Assembly (NCBI GenBank): GCA_000965745.1
Contig: CP009479.1
Location: 192,001 to 256,000, forward strand
Length of the DNA stretch: 64,000 nt
Source of the DNA: an uncultured archaeon
Lineage (GTDB): Archaea > Thermoplasmatota > Thermoplasmata > Thermoplasmatales > Thermoplasmataceae
Reading direction: 5' to 3'
Below the pieces are notes generated by a model. That model ran no database searches, had not been told where the DNA came from, and saw only the letters and a list, made by a program, of their open reading frames with translations. Positions 10,627 through 20,600 of the stretch are shown here, piece after piece; position 1 is the stretch's first letter; every line of letters starts with the position of its first letter. A program made the position numbers and the translations under genes.

Positions 10627-11559
10627 TCAGCCCACGAATATCGGGTTCCTTTCCCTGACAAAGGTTCCCTTCTGGAGGTCAAGCATTGCCTCTCTAATCT
10701 GCTCATCCGAATTCATGACAATGGGGCCGTACCAGTGTACAGGTTCCTTCAAGGGCTTTCCTGAAAGCAGTATGAATCTGGCGGGCGAATCTTCCGTCCT
10801 CACGGATACATATTCGCCGTCTTCTGAAAATACCAGTGCCTGGCCGGGGTTGTACGAGCCTTCCTCGCCGTAGTCGAAGTAAGCCTTGCCTCCGATTATG
10901 TAAAGCAATGATGTATATCCGGGATTGATCCTGTAGTGGAATTCTGACTCGACCGGCATCTTGACGTCGAGATAGGTGGGATCTACCCCGTATGCGCCTT
11001 CAAATGGCCCCTTAACGCCGTTTATCTCTCCCGAAACCACCTTGACGCTGGCGGCGGAGTCTGTTTCCACTACCGGAATGTTATGGCCCTTCATGTCTCT
11101 GTAAGTGGGAGTTGTCATCTTGTGCTTCGCAGGGAGGTTGATCCAGAGCTGGAATCCAGTTACGTTGGTCGGCAGGCCCACTGCCTTCAGCAATTCATCA
11201 GGGTCGTTCTCATCGAGCGGCTTCGGCATTTCCTGGTGGAAAATCCCGCTTCCCGCGGTCATCCACTGCAAGTCCGAGGGGAAGATCACTCCGCTGTTTC
11301 CCTCGCTGTCTTCGTGGTATACCTTTCCCTCAAGGAGATATGTTACAGTCTCTATCCCCCTGTGGGGATGCCAGGGGAATCCTGAAAGATACTCTTCCGG
11401 CTTTGAGGAACCGAAGTGGTCAAAGAGCAGGAAAGGATCGGTTATTGAAGCCGAGTACTGTCCGCCGAGGACCCTTTTTAGTCTCACCCCGGCACCGTCA
11501 ATTGCATCCTTTCCTGTGAATACCTGTGAAATTTTCTTTATCTTCATATTTTCTGCCAT
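10627..11559 (-). CDS. Pirin family protein
   Basis: DPFLLFDHF, GFPWHPHRGIETVTY, QWMTAGSGIFHQEMP, YGPIVMN; start at MAENMK. Confidence 0.93.
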   Translation of the reverse strand: MAENMKIKKISQVFTGKDAIDGAGVRLKRVLGGQYSASITDPFLLFDHFGSSKPEEYLSGFPWHPHRGIETVTYLLEGKVYHEDSEGNSGVIFPSDLQWMTAGSGIFHQEMPKPLDENDPDELLKAVGLPTNVTGFQLWINLPAKHKMTTPTYRDMKGHNIPVVETDSAASVKVVSGEINGVKGPFEGAYGVDPTYLDVKMPVESEFHYRINPGYTSLLYIIGGKAYFDYGEEGSYNPGQALVFSEDGEYVSVRTEDSPARFILLSGKPLKEPVHWYGPIVMNSDEQIREAMLDLQKGTFVRERNPIFVG

Positions 11560-11739
11560 TTTTTGCCCCCTTGTGATTATTGAATTCCAAACTGGTATAT
11601 GTCCGTTAGGCGACCTGAAAACAATCAGGTAGTAGCCATGCAATCAGGTGGCGCATCTGCAATCCTGCCCGGAATGAATGCCGGAAACACAGGTATGAGG
11701 TCGTGATGCCTGCATTGCCAGATTACTGTCTTCCTTGAT

Positions 11740-12309
11740 TCAACTTCCCATGGATTTCAACTTTTCAATCAGTTCGCTTGCCTCTTTCCTGCTCAGATCG
11801 TCCTCTGACAGTTTTCCATGATCCTTCATGTACTTGCTGGCTGCTGCAACACTATCCTCATTCTTCTGAAGGCTCTTAATGAACTTGACCTGCTTCGGCG
11901 TGGCTTTCAGCTGGGTGGGGTCCAGGCGCTCGCCCTTGGGTGTCTGCATAAGCCTGTCTATGAGGTCTGATGCCTCCGGTATTGACAGGACGTTGACAGA
12001 ATCCTTGCCGTGATCCTTGAGGTACTGGCTCACCATCTCTATTCGTTCTTCAGTATCCTGGAGGGATGAGAGGAAATTTATCTGCTTTCCTGTTGCAATT
12101 CCCCCGCCCGACTGTTCCCCTTCCACCTTAATGCTTTTCATTGCATCTATCAGTTCGGATGTCTCGGGAACCGACAGTTCACTTATATCGGACTTTCCTT
12201 TTGAAGAAAGGTATGACTGCAGTTTCTCTTCCCTTTCCTCGGATGCTTCCCTGAGTTTCTTTATAAAATCAAGCTGTTTTCTTGTTGGAGAGGACCTGTT
12301 TTCTTCCAT
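11740..12309 (-). CDS. Hypothetical protein made of three ~60-aa (A/P)TxKQ..F...L...LS..E(A/T)S.LI repeats
   Basis: Three clearly alignable internal repeats; start at MEENRSS. Confidence 0.75.
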   Translation of the reverse strand: MEENRSSPTRKQLDFIKKLREASEEREEKLQSYLSSKGKSDISELSVPETSELIDAMKSIKVEGEQSGGGIATGKQINFLSSLQDTEERIEMVSQYLKDHGKDSVNVLSIPEASDLIDRLMQTPKGERLDPTQLKATPKQVKFIKSLQKNEDSVAAASKYMKDHGKLSEDDLSRKEASELIEKLKSMGS

Positions 12310-12534
12310 GATAATACACACCGGTGAATCGTGGCGGCACCTCTTCTTCAGAAAGATGCCATTAATCGCTATACGAATACTTCCTATAAATGTTAGATCT
12401 AGAGGAGCAAATCCAACCTTTGCCTCCAACCCTGCCTTGATTTTTGCACGTCCCTTGTTTTAGCCGGTTCTGGCTCAATTCCTCATTTCATGGAGTCACA
12501 GGAACCGTTTTTCCCGTAAAGCAATTATAAGAGC

Positions 12535-12708
12535 ATGGTAACAAAGCGCGAGTACGAAAAGATTTACAATGCAGCACGCAAGGAGCAGCTTGAGCAGGAT
12601 ATCGCCATGATAAAGGATATAGTGGAAAGGAGCGAGGATTACATGGATTTCAGGGCCAAGCTTTCTGATGAGCTGAGGAAACTCGACCTGAATGTAATAG
12701 AGGAGTGA
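12535..12708 (+). CDS. Small charged helical hypothetical protein, 57 aa (not in ORF track)
   Basis: Hand translation MVTKREYEKIYNAARKEQLEQDIAMIKDIVERSEDYMDFRAKLSDELRKLDLNVIEE*; fills an intergenic gap with purine-rich, gene-like composition. Confidence 0.7.
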   Translation: MVTKREYEKIYNAARKEQLEQDIAMIKDIVERSEDYMDFRAKLSDELRKLDLNVIEE

Positions 12709-12778
12709 ATTTTAACTCCCCCCGTGAAATCTGAATTCGTTTTAGGCATAACCCTAATAAATCGCAAGCTCCTGATAT

Positions 12779-14143
12779 GTGATTATGCAGAGTGAGGCCG
12801 GCGGCTCGGGCGCGTACCGGAATTCTGTTTCCCTTGGCAGGGATTCCAGGAAAGCTGTTATCTCACAGTTTTTCGGTTTTTTTGCGGATGCGTATGACCT
12901 GACACTTGTTCTTGCTTCCTCACTCATTCTCACTGCAGTCTTCCTGCCTCCGGAAATACCAGAGCTTGTCAGGGCTTTTGAGCTGGTATTCTCGTATTCC
13001 CTTACCATTATCGCCAGGCCCCTTGGGTCAGCAATATTCGGCAACTATGGGGACAGGATAGGCAGGAGGAGGATACTCCTCATTACAGTATACAGCGACA
13101 TAATCTTTGCCGCCGCCATAGCACTTCTCCCGGACTACAGGCAGGCAGGGTACCTGGGCTTCATCCTGTATTCAGTCATCAGGTTCGGCCTTGGCATATT
13201 CCTTGGCGGGGAATATTCTGCCGGGCACCCCTACGCGATGGAGTGGACACCAGAAAGGCTCAGGGGGAGAATGAGCGGCCTGGTCCAGGGAGGCTTCTCG
13301 CTCGGAGCTGCCCTTTCTGCAGGAGTAGTTGCGCTTTTCATAAATTTCTTCGGTTTCGATGCCCTTGCCGGTTATGCGTGGAGACTGCTCATAATAACGA
13401 TCTTCATCCCACTCATCCCTGTCCTCCTGATCAGGTTCTCAATCAGGGAAAGCCCGGTCTTCGAAGCCATACTGAAGGAGGAGAGAAGGGAGAAGTTCCC
13501 AATAATGGCACTGTTCAGAAAGCCCGTTGTAAAGGACCTTCTGCAGGTCATGACCGTGATGACCGGACTTTTTTTCCTTTCCTATGTGCTCTTTGCCTAC
13601 GTCCCCATAATTCTTGGCAGTGCCCCGTCAACACTGAGCTCCGGGCAGGTTTCGATAGTTCTTGTTGCCTCGTACACAGCAGCTTTCTTTGGCGCCTTTG
13701 CCACAGGGTCAGCATCCCAGAAATACGGCCGCAGGACTATGGGGATGGTAATTGCCGCTATCTCCGGCATACTGGCAGTCCCGCTGTACTATCTCCTTTT
13801 CACTCTTCCGTCCTCGGGAGAAATATATCTCACAATCCTAGCAGGAATGGCGACAGGCATAATAACGCAGGCTGCCTGGGGGCTTGTTCCGGTGTACCTC
13901 ACAGAGAGGTTCAGCGCAACCCACCGTGCATCGGGGGCAGGATTCGGATACTCTTCGGGAATATTTGTCGGCGGGTGGTTCAGCGTGTACATTCCACTGA
14001 TGCACACCTACCTGTTCGGAGCGGTTGACACCTCAACGAATGTGTGGTTTTCCACTGCAGTGCTGATGATCATAGGCGCCCTTCTGACCGGCATTGGCTT
14101 CTACAAAGGACCGGAAACCGCAGGCTCAAACCTCGGGAAATGA
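12779..14143 (+). CDS. MFS transporter (metabolite:H+ symporter-like)
   Basis: DAYD, RPLGSAIFGNYGDRIGRR, GGEY, ESPVF, ERF..THRASG, PET. Confidence 0.9.
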   Translation: MIMQSEAGGSGAYRNSVSLGRDSRKAVISQFFGFFADAYDLTLVLASSLILTAVFLPPEIPELVRAFELVFSYSLTIIARPLGSAIFGNYGDRIGRRRILLITVYSDIIFAAAIALLPDYRQAGYLGFILYSVIRFGLGIFLGGEYSAGHPYAMEWTPERLRGRMSGLVQGGFSLGAALSAGVVALFINFFGFDALAGYAWRLLIITIFIPLIPVLLIRFSIRESPVFEAILKEERREKFPIMALFRKPVVKDLLQVMTVMTGLFFLSYVLFAYVPIILGSAPSTLSSGQVSIVLVASYTAAFFGAFATGSASQKYGRRTMGMVIAAISGILAVPLYYLLFTLPSSGEIYLTILAGMATGIITQAAWGLVPVYLTERFSATHRASGAGFGYSSGIFVGGWFSVYIPLMHTYLFGAVDTSTNVWFSTAVLMIIGALLTGIGFYKGPETAGSNLGK

Positions 14144-14426
14144 TGCGGCTCCACTCAGACAGTTCAGGAATGAACTGCGGGAACGAGAACAAAAGTTGCC
14201 GTATACACCATACAGGCACGGCGAATATAAGGAGTCTGAAACTACCCCATGCCGCGGAAGAAAGTGTAATCACCTCTTACTGCGGCAATCGCGTTTTATG
14301 GTTCAGTACACTATTGAAGGAATAGTGTGCCGGATGTCGTTCCAGGGGCCCATATAGAAAACTCTCAACTATAATCCCTCAAGTGTTAGGGTCTATGGTT
14401 TAAAAACACACACAAATATTTTTCAT

Positions 14427-15515
14427 ATGAATGATTCCCGATCGACCGAAAACCTTCCGAGAATGCAGATAAACGACATCTCGAGATATCTGGGGACAGC
14501 CGGCTCCATGATAAGGTCCAGGTTATTCACCCATACGCCGTTCTTTCTTGCCCATGCCGTAACATTCGGTTGCAATTCGAGATGCCAGAGCTGCACCTAC
14601 TGGAAGCTTACTCCCAAGATGAAGTATGACCTGCCTACAGAGGAGGTTTTCCAGCTTCTTGATGAGGCTTACGCCGCTGGAATGCGTGGATACTACATGT
14701 TCGGCGGTGAACCTCTTGTAAGGAGAGATATCGGTGAGATCGTCGATTATGCCAAACACAAGGGCTTCGTTACGGTGATGAACACCAACGGATCATTCCT
14801 AGAAAAAAAATCACGTGAACTCGAAAACCTTGATTTTGCTTTTGTCTCTGTGGACTACTTCAACGATTACGACGACATAATCCGTGGAAGATCAGGCACC
14901 TTCAACGAAGCGATGAGAGGCATCGGAGTAATGAGAAGCACCACTAATGCCAAGATAGCACTCGTTACAACCATAAGCAGGCTGAACTGGACAGCAATCG
15001 AGCCAATGGCGAAGCTTGCCAGGGGAATGGGCATTGGCATATCCTTCAACTCCATCGAGCAGTCAATGGACTTCGGGCTCACCACCAACGAGACAACACC
15101 TAATTTTGATATCGGGCTCAGCAGTGAAAGGCTCCAGGAATTCTACAGAATCCTGCTGAAACTGAAGAGGGAAGGTTATCCCCTGATGGAGACCGAGAAG
15201 GTCCTGAGGGAGTACGTTGAGGGGAAACCCTGGAAGTGCGACTTTCCCAAGATGTTCGTGTATGTAACGCCCGACAAGAAGATCTACAACTGCAACTACG
15301 CCTACCACTATGACCTGAAGGAAGGGAGCTTCAGTGACTACTTCAGTGGGCAGGATTTCACAAATTATGTGAAGGAGGCAGAGTCTTGCAACAGGTGCGT
15401 GAGGACCTGCGTCAGAGGTTACTCCTACACCTACAACATGCTTCCGGCCCAGATTCTTGGGCTTGCAGGGCAGGCAAAGAGCCTCTTCAACACCGAGAAG
15501 CCTGTCAAGCTCTGA
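14427..15515 (+). CDS. Radical SAM protein with SPASM/twitch-like C-terminal cysteines
   Basis: CNSRCQSC, GGEPL, NTNG; C-terminal C...C...CNRCVRTC. Confidence 0.88.
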   Translation: MNDSRSTENLPRMQINDISRYLGTAGSMIRSRLFTHTPFFLAHAVTFGCNSRCQSCTYWKLTPKMKYDLPTEEVFQLLDEAYAAGMRGYYMFGGEPLVRRDIGEIVDYAKHKGFVTVMNTNGSFLEKKSRELENLDFAFVSVDYFNDYDDIIRGRSGTFNEAMRGIGVMRSTTNAKIALVTTISRLNWTAIEPMAKLARGMGIGISFNSIEQSMDFGLTTNETTPNFDIGLSSERLQEFYRILLKLKREGYPLMETEKVLREYVEGKPWKCDFPKMFVYVTPDKKIYNCNYAYHYDLKEGSFSDYFSGQDFTNYVKEAESCNRCVRTCVRGYSYTYNMLPAQILGLAGQAKSLFNTEKPVKL

Positions 15516-15600
15516 GCAGTAACCGCTTAATCAAGAAATCTTAAGTAAGATTCAGGCTTATTTGCATGTACAACACAGAAGTGTTTGGAGATTTGGTAAA

Positions 15601-16173
15601 ATGGCTAAAATATTGATTCTGACCGGCGATGCCGGAGAAGCCCTGGAAGTCATGTACCCGTACCAGCGACTCATGGAGGAGGGCTATGAGGTTCACATAG
15701 CAGCTCCACAGAAGAAGACGATAAGGACAGTAATACACGATTTCGAGCCAGGTTTTGACACCTACACCGAAAAGCCGGGATACAGGGTGGAAGCAAACCT
15801 GTCGTTCAAGGAAGTCGAGCCCTCAGACTACGTTGCCCTGGTAATACCGGGAGGAAGGGCACCTGAATACATCAGAAATGACCCTGATTTTCCACGTATT
15901 GTTCAGTATTTCTTCGACAGGAACCTCCCGGTGGCAGAACTCTGCCACGCGCCACTTGGACTCGCCAGTGCGGGAGTATTGAAAGGAAGGACAACTGCTG
16001 CCTATCCGGCACTGGAACCTGATGTCAAGGCCGCGGGAGGAATATTCAAGGACGGTGCGGCTGTAGTGGATGGCAACCTGGTGTCTGCCAGGGCCTGGCC
16101 TGACCACCCGGAATGGATGAGGGAGTTTATCAAGCTTCTGAAAAAAAAGAGCGCGGCAAAGGCAGTAGCCTGA
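15601..16173 (+). CDS. DJ-1/PfpI family protein (glyoxalase III/deglycase-like)
   Basis: GDAGEALE, PGGRAPEY, ELCHAP, DGNLVSARAWPD. Confidence 0.93.
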   Translation: MAKILILTGDAGEALEVMYPYQRLMEEGYEVHIAAPQKKTIRTVIHDFEPGFDTYTEKPGYRVEANLSFKEVEPSDYVALVIPGGRAPEYIRNDPDFPRIVQYFFDRNLPVAELCHAPLGLASAGVLKGRTTAAYPALEPDVKAAGGIFKDGAAVVDGNLVSARAWPDHPEWMREFIKLLKKKSAAKAVA

Positions 16174-16235
16174 TTCGCCGCAGCTTGCCAATTTTTCCCA
16201 GTGGCTGCCAGCCAGGAGTGCATGTTGACTCTGTG

Positions 16236-17402
16236 CTAACTGGAAAGAAGTTTAAGCGATGTCCTGACGAGTATCTCTGTTCCATATTTCATGGCACTTT
16301 CGTCGACGTCATAGGTAGGGCTGTGCTGTGGGCTTGTTATCCCCTTTTCATCGTTTCTCACGCCAAGGAAGTAAAATGCCCCGGGAACCTCTTTCACATA
16401 ATACGCGAAGTCCTCGCCACCCATATCCGGCTCGGGATGCAGTATTGAGCCTTCGCCTAAAACTTCCTTTGCCACATCCTCTATGACCAGTGCGATGTCA
16501 TTGTTGTTTATGAGTGCAGGGTATCCCTTGGCGTACTCAAACTCATATTCACAGCCTGTTGATTTGCTGATTCCTTCAAGCATCCTTTCGAGTTCATGCC
16601 TGACAGTCTCCCGGGTCTCTTCGTCAAAAGTCCTGACAGTCCCCGTAAGTTCCGCGTAGGGAGCTATTATATTGTACCTGTACCCGGAATTCATTGTGCC
16701 GAATGTCACCACTGCAGATTTGAACGGAGGTATTCTCCGGGAAATTATAGTCTGGGCCTGCACCACATACTGGCAGGCAATTGCCAGTGCATCCACGGCT
16801 TCCTGAGGTGCTGAACCATGCCCGCCGATTCCCTTGATCTTAATGGTGAACTGGTCCGCGTTGGCCATCATCGGGCCATAATTTATGGCAGCTGTTCCGG
16901 CAGGATATCGTGATATTGAATGCTGGCCGATCACGTAGTCCACACCCTTGAGTGCGCCTCCCCTGATCAGCTCTACCGCGCCTCCCGGAGGGCTCTCCTC
17001 GGCTGCCTGAAACAGCATCCTCACGGTACCCCTGAATTCATCCCTTTTTCCGGCAAGGATTTTCGCCGCCCCAAGCGCCATCGCAATATGGGAATCGTGG
17101 CCGCAAGCATGCATCACGCCTTCTGTTCCTGACGCAAAATCGAGATCATTCTCCTCCTTTACGGGGAGGGCATCAATATCTGCCCTGACGGCAACCGTCT
17201 TCCCGCCGGAAGAGCCACTGATGTCTGCAACAACACCAGTTTCCCCTGTCCTTTTTGGCTCCAGGCCGAAAGACTTCAGCTCCTCCTCTATCCTGCCGGC
17301 AGTCCTGAATTCCTTGAAACTGAGTTCAGGGTTTGCATGAAAGTGCCTCCTCATTCTGACAACATAATCCTCTACTTCCAGAGAGTCCATTTTTCCAGCC
17401 AT
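16236..17402 (-). CDS. M20D amidohydrolase / carboxypeptidase
   Basis: RRHFHANPELS, RADIDALP, MHACGHDSH, FQAAEE, GGHGS, GGEDF, QHSP. Confidence 0.93.
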   Translation of the reverse strand: MAGKMDSLEVEDYVVRMRRHFHANPELSFKEFRTAGRIEEELKSFGLEPKRTGETGVVADISGSSGGKTVAVRADIDALPVKEENDLDFASGTEGVMHACGHDSHIAMALGAAKILAGKRDEFRGTVRMLFQAAEESPPGGAVELIRGGALKGVDYVIGQHSISRYPAGTAAINYGPMMANADQFTIKIKGIGGHGSAPQEAVDALAIACQYVVQAQTIISRRIPPFKSAVVTFGTMNSGYRYNIIAPYAELTGTVRTFDEETRETVRHELERMLEGISKSTGCEYEFEYAKGYPALINNNDIALVIEDVAKEVLGEGSILHPEPDMGGEDFAYYVKEVPGAFYFLGVRNDEKGITSPQHSPTYDVDESAMKYGTEILVRTSLKLLSS

Positions 17403-17548
17403 TTAAATACTCCGTATCCACATATGGCGTGCATTAATATTTTTGCCTCAACCGGAAGGCCAGTGTCAACTTATGGATGGGACCAAAACTGGTATGAACG
17501 GAAAGAAGCTATCCTAAATACCTTCAGCGATATGGGAGCAAGCACATC

Positions 17549-17791
17549 ATGATAGGACTGGTTGACGGCCTGGGTTTCTTCGCTGACGCACTAATCCTGG
17601 TTGGAGTGTGGATGGTCGGGGACAGGAGGATAGCAGGCTGGTACATCGGCCTGGCGGGAGTGGTTCTATCCCTCTGGTATGCAGCAATCATAAACTCGTA
17701 TCCCATTGTTTTCATAGAAATTGTCTTCATTGGCATCTACGTGAGGAATATTTTCCTGTGGAGGAAGAAGCCTACTTCCGGTTCTTCATGA
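17549..17791 (+). CDS. Small 3-TM membrane protein (PnuC-half/SemiSWEET-like size and pattern)
   Basis: 80 aa, three hydrophobic helices, GW motif after helix 1, basic WRKK tail. Confidence 0.6.
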   Translation: MIGLVDGLGFFADALILVGVWMVGDRRIAGWYIGLAGVVLSLWYAAIINSYPIVFIEIVFIGIYVRNIFLWRKKPTSGSS

Positions 17792-17875
17792 ACCGATCTG
17801 TTTTCCAATTTTAATCCCTACCATGTAGTAACAGTTTAGAGGTAGAAAGTGATTGCATAAGCCGTAGCAGATTGG

Positions 17876-18253
17876 ATGATTTGTATGGCTAAGGATTTCT
17901 TTTTTGACCTGGAATCGGCGAAGGAAGTGCTCCCCTGGCTCAAAGAGAAGATTGCCAGGCTCGAGGAGCTCGGGATAAGGGGACGGAAGGCCATGGAAGA
18001 GTATGATATTGACTCAGCTGACACATTCACTGTTGAAATCCAGGAAATCCTGGGGCAGATACACGGCAAGGGGATAATTTTGAGAGACCTTTCAGAGATT
18101 CTTGTCGATTTCCCCGCTGTGATAAATAACATGCCCTCCTACCTCTGCTGGCTGCCTGAGGAAGAGGGCATAGAGTACTGGCACTACGCAGACGAGGGTT
18201 TTGCCGGTCGGAAGAGAATTTCTGGAAATGAAAGAATATTGAGTTATCTCTAA
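17876..18253 (+). CDS. DUF2203 family protein
   Basis: FDLESAKEVLP, LVDFPA, YLCW, YWH..EGFAGRK. Confidence 0.85.
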   Translation: MICMAKDFFFDLESAKEVLPWLKEKIARLEELGIRGRKAMEEYDIDSADTFTVEIQEILGQIHGKGIILRDLSEILVDFPAVINNMPSYLCWLPEEEGIEYWHYADEGFAGRKRISGNERILSYL

Positions 18254-18295
18254 ATTCCGTGAGCGATGACCAGAAAGCCGATCTGATGAGGCTAT

Positions 18296-18916
18296 TCACC
18301 TTTGCTTTCCGAGATCTTCCTCGTGTGCAATATTCCTTGATACAGCCATGGCAAGAAGCACCGTACCCACAAGAGCCATGCCAATGCCTGTCCCTCCTAC
18401 GTATCTGGAAGAGTGTTCCACGAGTGTGATGGTGTTGCTTGCCACAATCTGGACATGGACAGGGGAGCCTGAGTTTGCCGTCAAGTTAATTGCGTACTGC
18501 TGGCCCTGAATATTCGGCGTAGGCCCGATACTTATCGTAGAATCGTTGGAGGCGTTGCCCTGGCCCCTGTAGATGTACTGGATCATGTTCAGCAGCTTGT
18601 AGTGCACGTTGTTGTATACGAAAAGCCTGTAGTGCACAGACGACTGCGGCTGTAATTCAAAAGTCACGTTTTCAGTCACGTTGTAGGGCTGGCTTATTAC
18701 AATGGAGGATATGCTCCCGTTTCTCAAAGTTTCGTTAAACCTGCTTACATTTGTTGTTTTCAAGAAATCAGTATAGTTGTAGGATACCTTGATAAGCGAC
18801 AGGCCCAACACTATCAGTACCATGGAAATGACAAAAACCCTGTTTTTCAGAAGCCTCGCCAGAAAAATCCTGGGAGGCGTCATGTGTTTCCTCTTACGTA
18901 TTCTGGTCTTAGGCAA
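18296..18916 (-). CDS. Two-TM membrane protein with glycosylated extracellular loop
   Basis: TTG start, TM near each terminus, NxS/T sequons; paralog of 18995-19615. Confidence 0.75.
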   Translation of the reverse strand: MPKTRIRKRKHMTPPRIFLARLLKNRVFVISMVLIVLGLSLIKVSYNYTDFLKTTNVSRFNETLRNGSISSIVISQPYNVTENVTFELQPQSSVHYRLFVYNNVHYKLLNMIQYIYRGQGNASNDSTISIGPTPNIQGQQYAINLTANSGSPVHVQIVASNTITLVEHSSRYVGGTGIGMALVGTVLLAMAVSRNIAHEEDLGKQR

Positions 18917-18994
18917 CGATATCAGGAACGTTGACTATATTAAAGTATTTAAGTTTTACTATTCATGGCCGAGACTGCATGGATTTCATGGCTG

Positions 18995-19615
18995 TCATTG
19001 ACGACCGGACATCTCCTCTTCAGATCCGATCCTCCTGGAAATCGCATATGCCAGAAGGACTATACCGGATACTGTCAGGCCTATCCCGGTACCCCCGATG
19101 TACCTTGAAGAATCCTTGGTCACGGTGATGTTATAGGCTATGGAAAGCTCAACAAGGGATGAAGAATTGCTGCTTGATGTGAGGTTGAGCATGTACTCTT
19201 GCCCCTGAAGGTTCGGTGTAGGACTGATGCTTATCATGGTGCCGTTTGAGGCGTTGCCCTGCCCTACAGTGTGATAGGTTGAAACTTCATTGGTCCGGGA
19301 CTGAAGGTGATCGTACTGCAAAAGAGTGTAATGCACGGAACTCTCAGACATTCTATCGAAGTTGACGTTTTCAGTAACATTATATGGCTGGGTGAAGCTC
19401 ACGCTTGAGACACTGTCATTCCTGACTGTCGTGTTGAAGGTGTGCACGTTCTTGTTAACAATAACGTCCTTGTAATTGTACGAGAGATTTATCAGGCCAA
19501 CTCCCACAACCATCATTACAATGGAGGCTATGAAAACCCTGTTCTTCAGGACCCGCAAGAGAACTTCCTTAGGCCGGTCCCTGTGTTCCAGCAGCTTGAT
19601 TCTAGTCCTGGGCAA
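18995..19615 (-). CDS. Two-TM membrane protein, tandem paralog
   Basis: Shares LKNRVF, QPYNVTENV, SSVHY, GQGNASN, PTPNxQGQ and SSRYxGGTGIG with 18296-18916. Confidence 0.75.
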   Translation of the reverse strand: MPRTRIKLLEHRDRPKEVLLRVLKNRVFIASIVMMVVGVGLINLSYNYKDVIVNKNVHTFNTTVRNDSVSSVSFTQPYNVTENVNFDRMSESSVHYTLLQYDHLQSRTNEVSTYHTVGQGNASNGTMISISPTPNLQGQEYMLNLTSSSNSSSLVELSIAYNITVTKDSSRYIGGTGIGLTVSGIVLLAYAISRRIGSEEEMSGRQ

Positions 19616-19784
19616 CTAATATCAGGACATGAGAGTATAATAACATTATTAACCGTATTGCCTGATATTTTGCCCCGGACTTCGCATGATTGCGGTTCTC
19701 TAGCTGCCTCACATGAATGTATTGCAGGAAGTTTTGACCTGAGAAATGGTTAAATTGTAGAGATGCTCGTGGTATTGCATACCC

Positions 19785-20600
19785 GTGGAATTCAGGATTG
19801 GATGCTCAGGATGGAGCTACAAGGGATGGAACGGGGCATTCTACCCGAAGGGAACGAAGCCGTCGGACTATCTGGAACTTTATTCAAGAGCCTTCGACAC
19901 GGTAGAGATAGATTCGACCTTCTATGCAATCCCAGATTCCGGTACAGTCAGGAGTTGGAGAGAGCGGACCCCGGATAATTTTCTCTTCACGGCCAAAGTT
20001 CCTAAGATTGTAACTCACGAAAGGAAACTGGAGAATACCGAAGTACACATGGGATATTTCCTTGAATCCATAGGTAAACTTGGCGACAAGCTCGGCATGA
20101 TCCTTGTCCAGTTCCCCCATGGGTTCACCTATGACTCAGGTGCTGAAAAGTTCAGGAAGTTTCTGGAAAGGCTCCCGACGGATGCCAGGTTTGCAGTGGA
20201 GTTCAGGCATGATTCGTGGTTCAACGATGCTGCATATGCCTGTTTGAAGGAAAACAACGTGACACTTGCATGGTCTGAAATGCCAATGACAGGTTCCACC
20301 AACATAACAACATCATCCTCTGCATACGTCAGGCTGGTAGGGGACAGGTCAATAAAAGAGGAGGATTTTGGAACAGTCCGGAGGGACAGGACAGATGTTA
20401 TCAACAGGTGGGCCAGGGAGCTTGAAAACAAGAAGAATGTGATAGACCACACCTTTGTGTTTTCGAACAACCACTTCCAGGGTTTCGGGCCTGCCACTGT
20501 TAACTTTTTCAGGCAGGCAGTGGGCGTTGAGCCTGTTAATTGGGAAATCAGGATGAAGAATACTTCCACTGGCGAGCAGAAGTCCCTTTTCGACTGGTAG
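19785..20600 (+). CDS. DUF72 (YecE-like) family protein
   Basis: IGCSGWSY, VEIDSTFY, KVPKIVTH, LVQFP, AVEFRH, YVRL, FSNNH. Confidence 0.92.
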   Translation: MEFRIGCSGWSYKGWNGAFYPKGTKPSDYLELYSRAFDTVEIDSTFYAIPDSGTVRSWRERTPDNFLFTAKVPKIVTHERKLENTEVHMGYFLESIGKLGDKLGMILVQFPHGFTYDSGAEKFRKFLERLPTDARFAVEFRHDSWFNDAAYACLKENNVTLAWSEMPMTGSTNITTSSSAYVRLVGDRSIKEEDFGTVRRDRTDVINRWARELENKKNVIDHTFVFSNNHFQGFGPATVNFFRQAVGVEPVNWEIRMKNTSTGEQKSLFDW

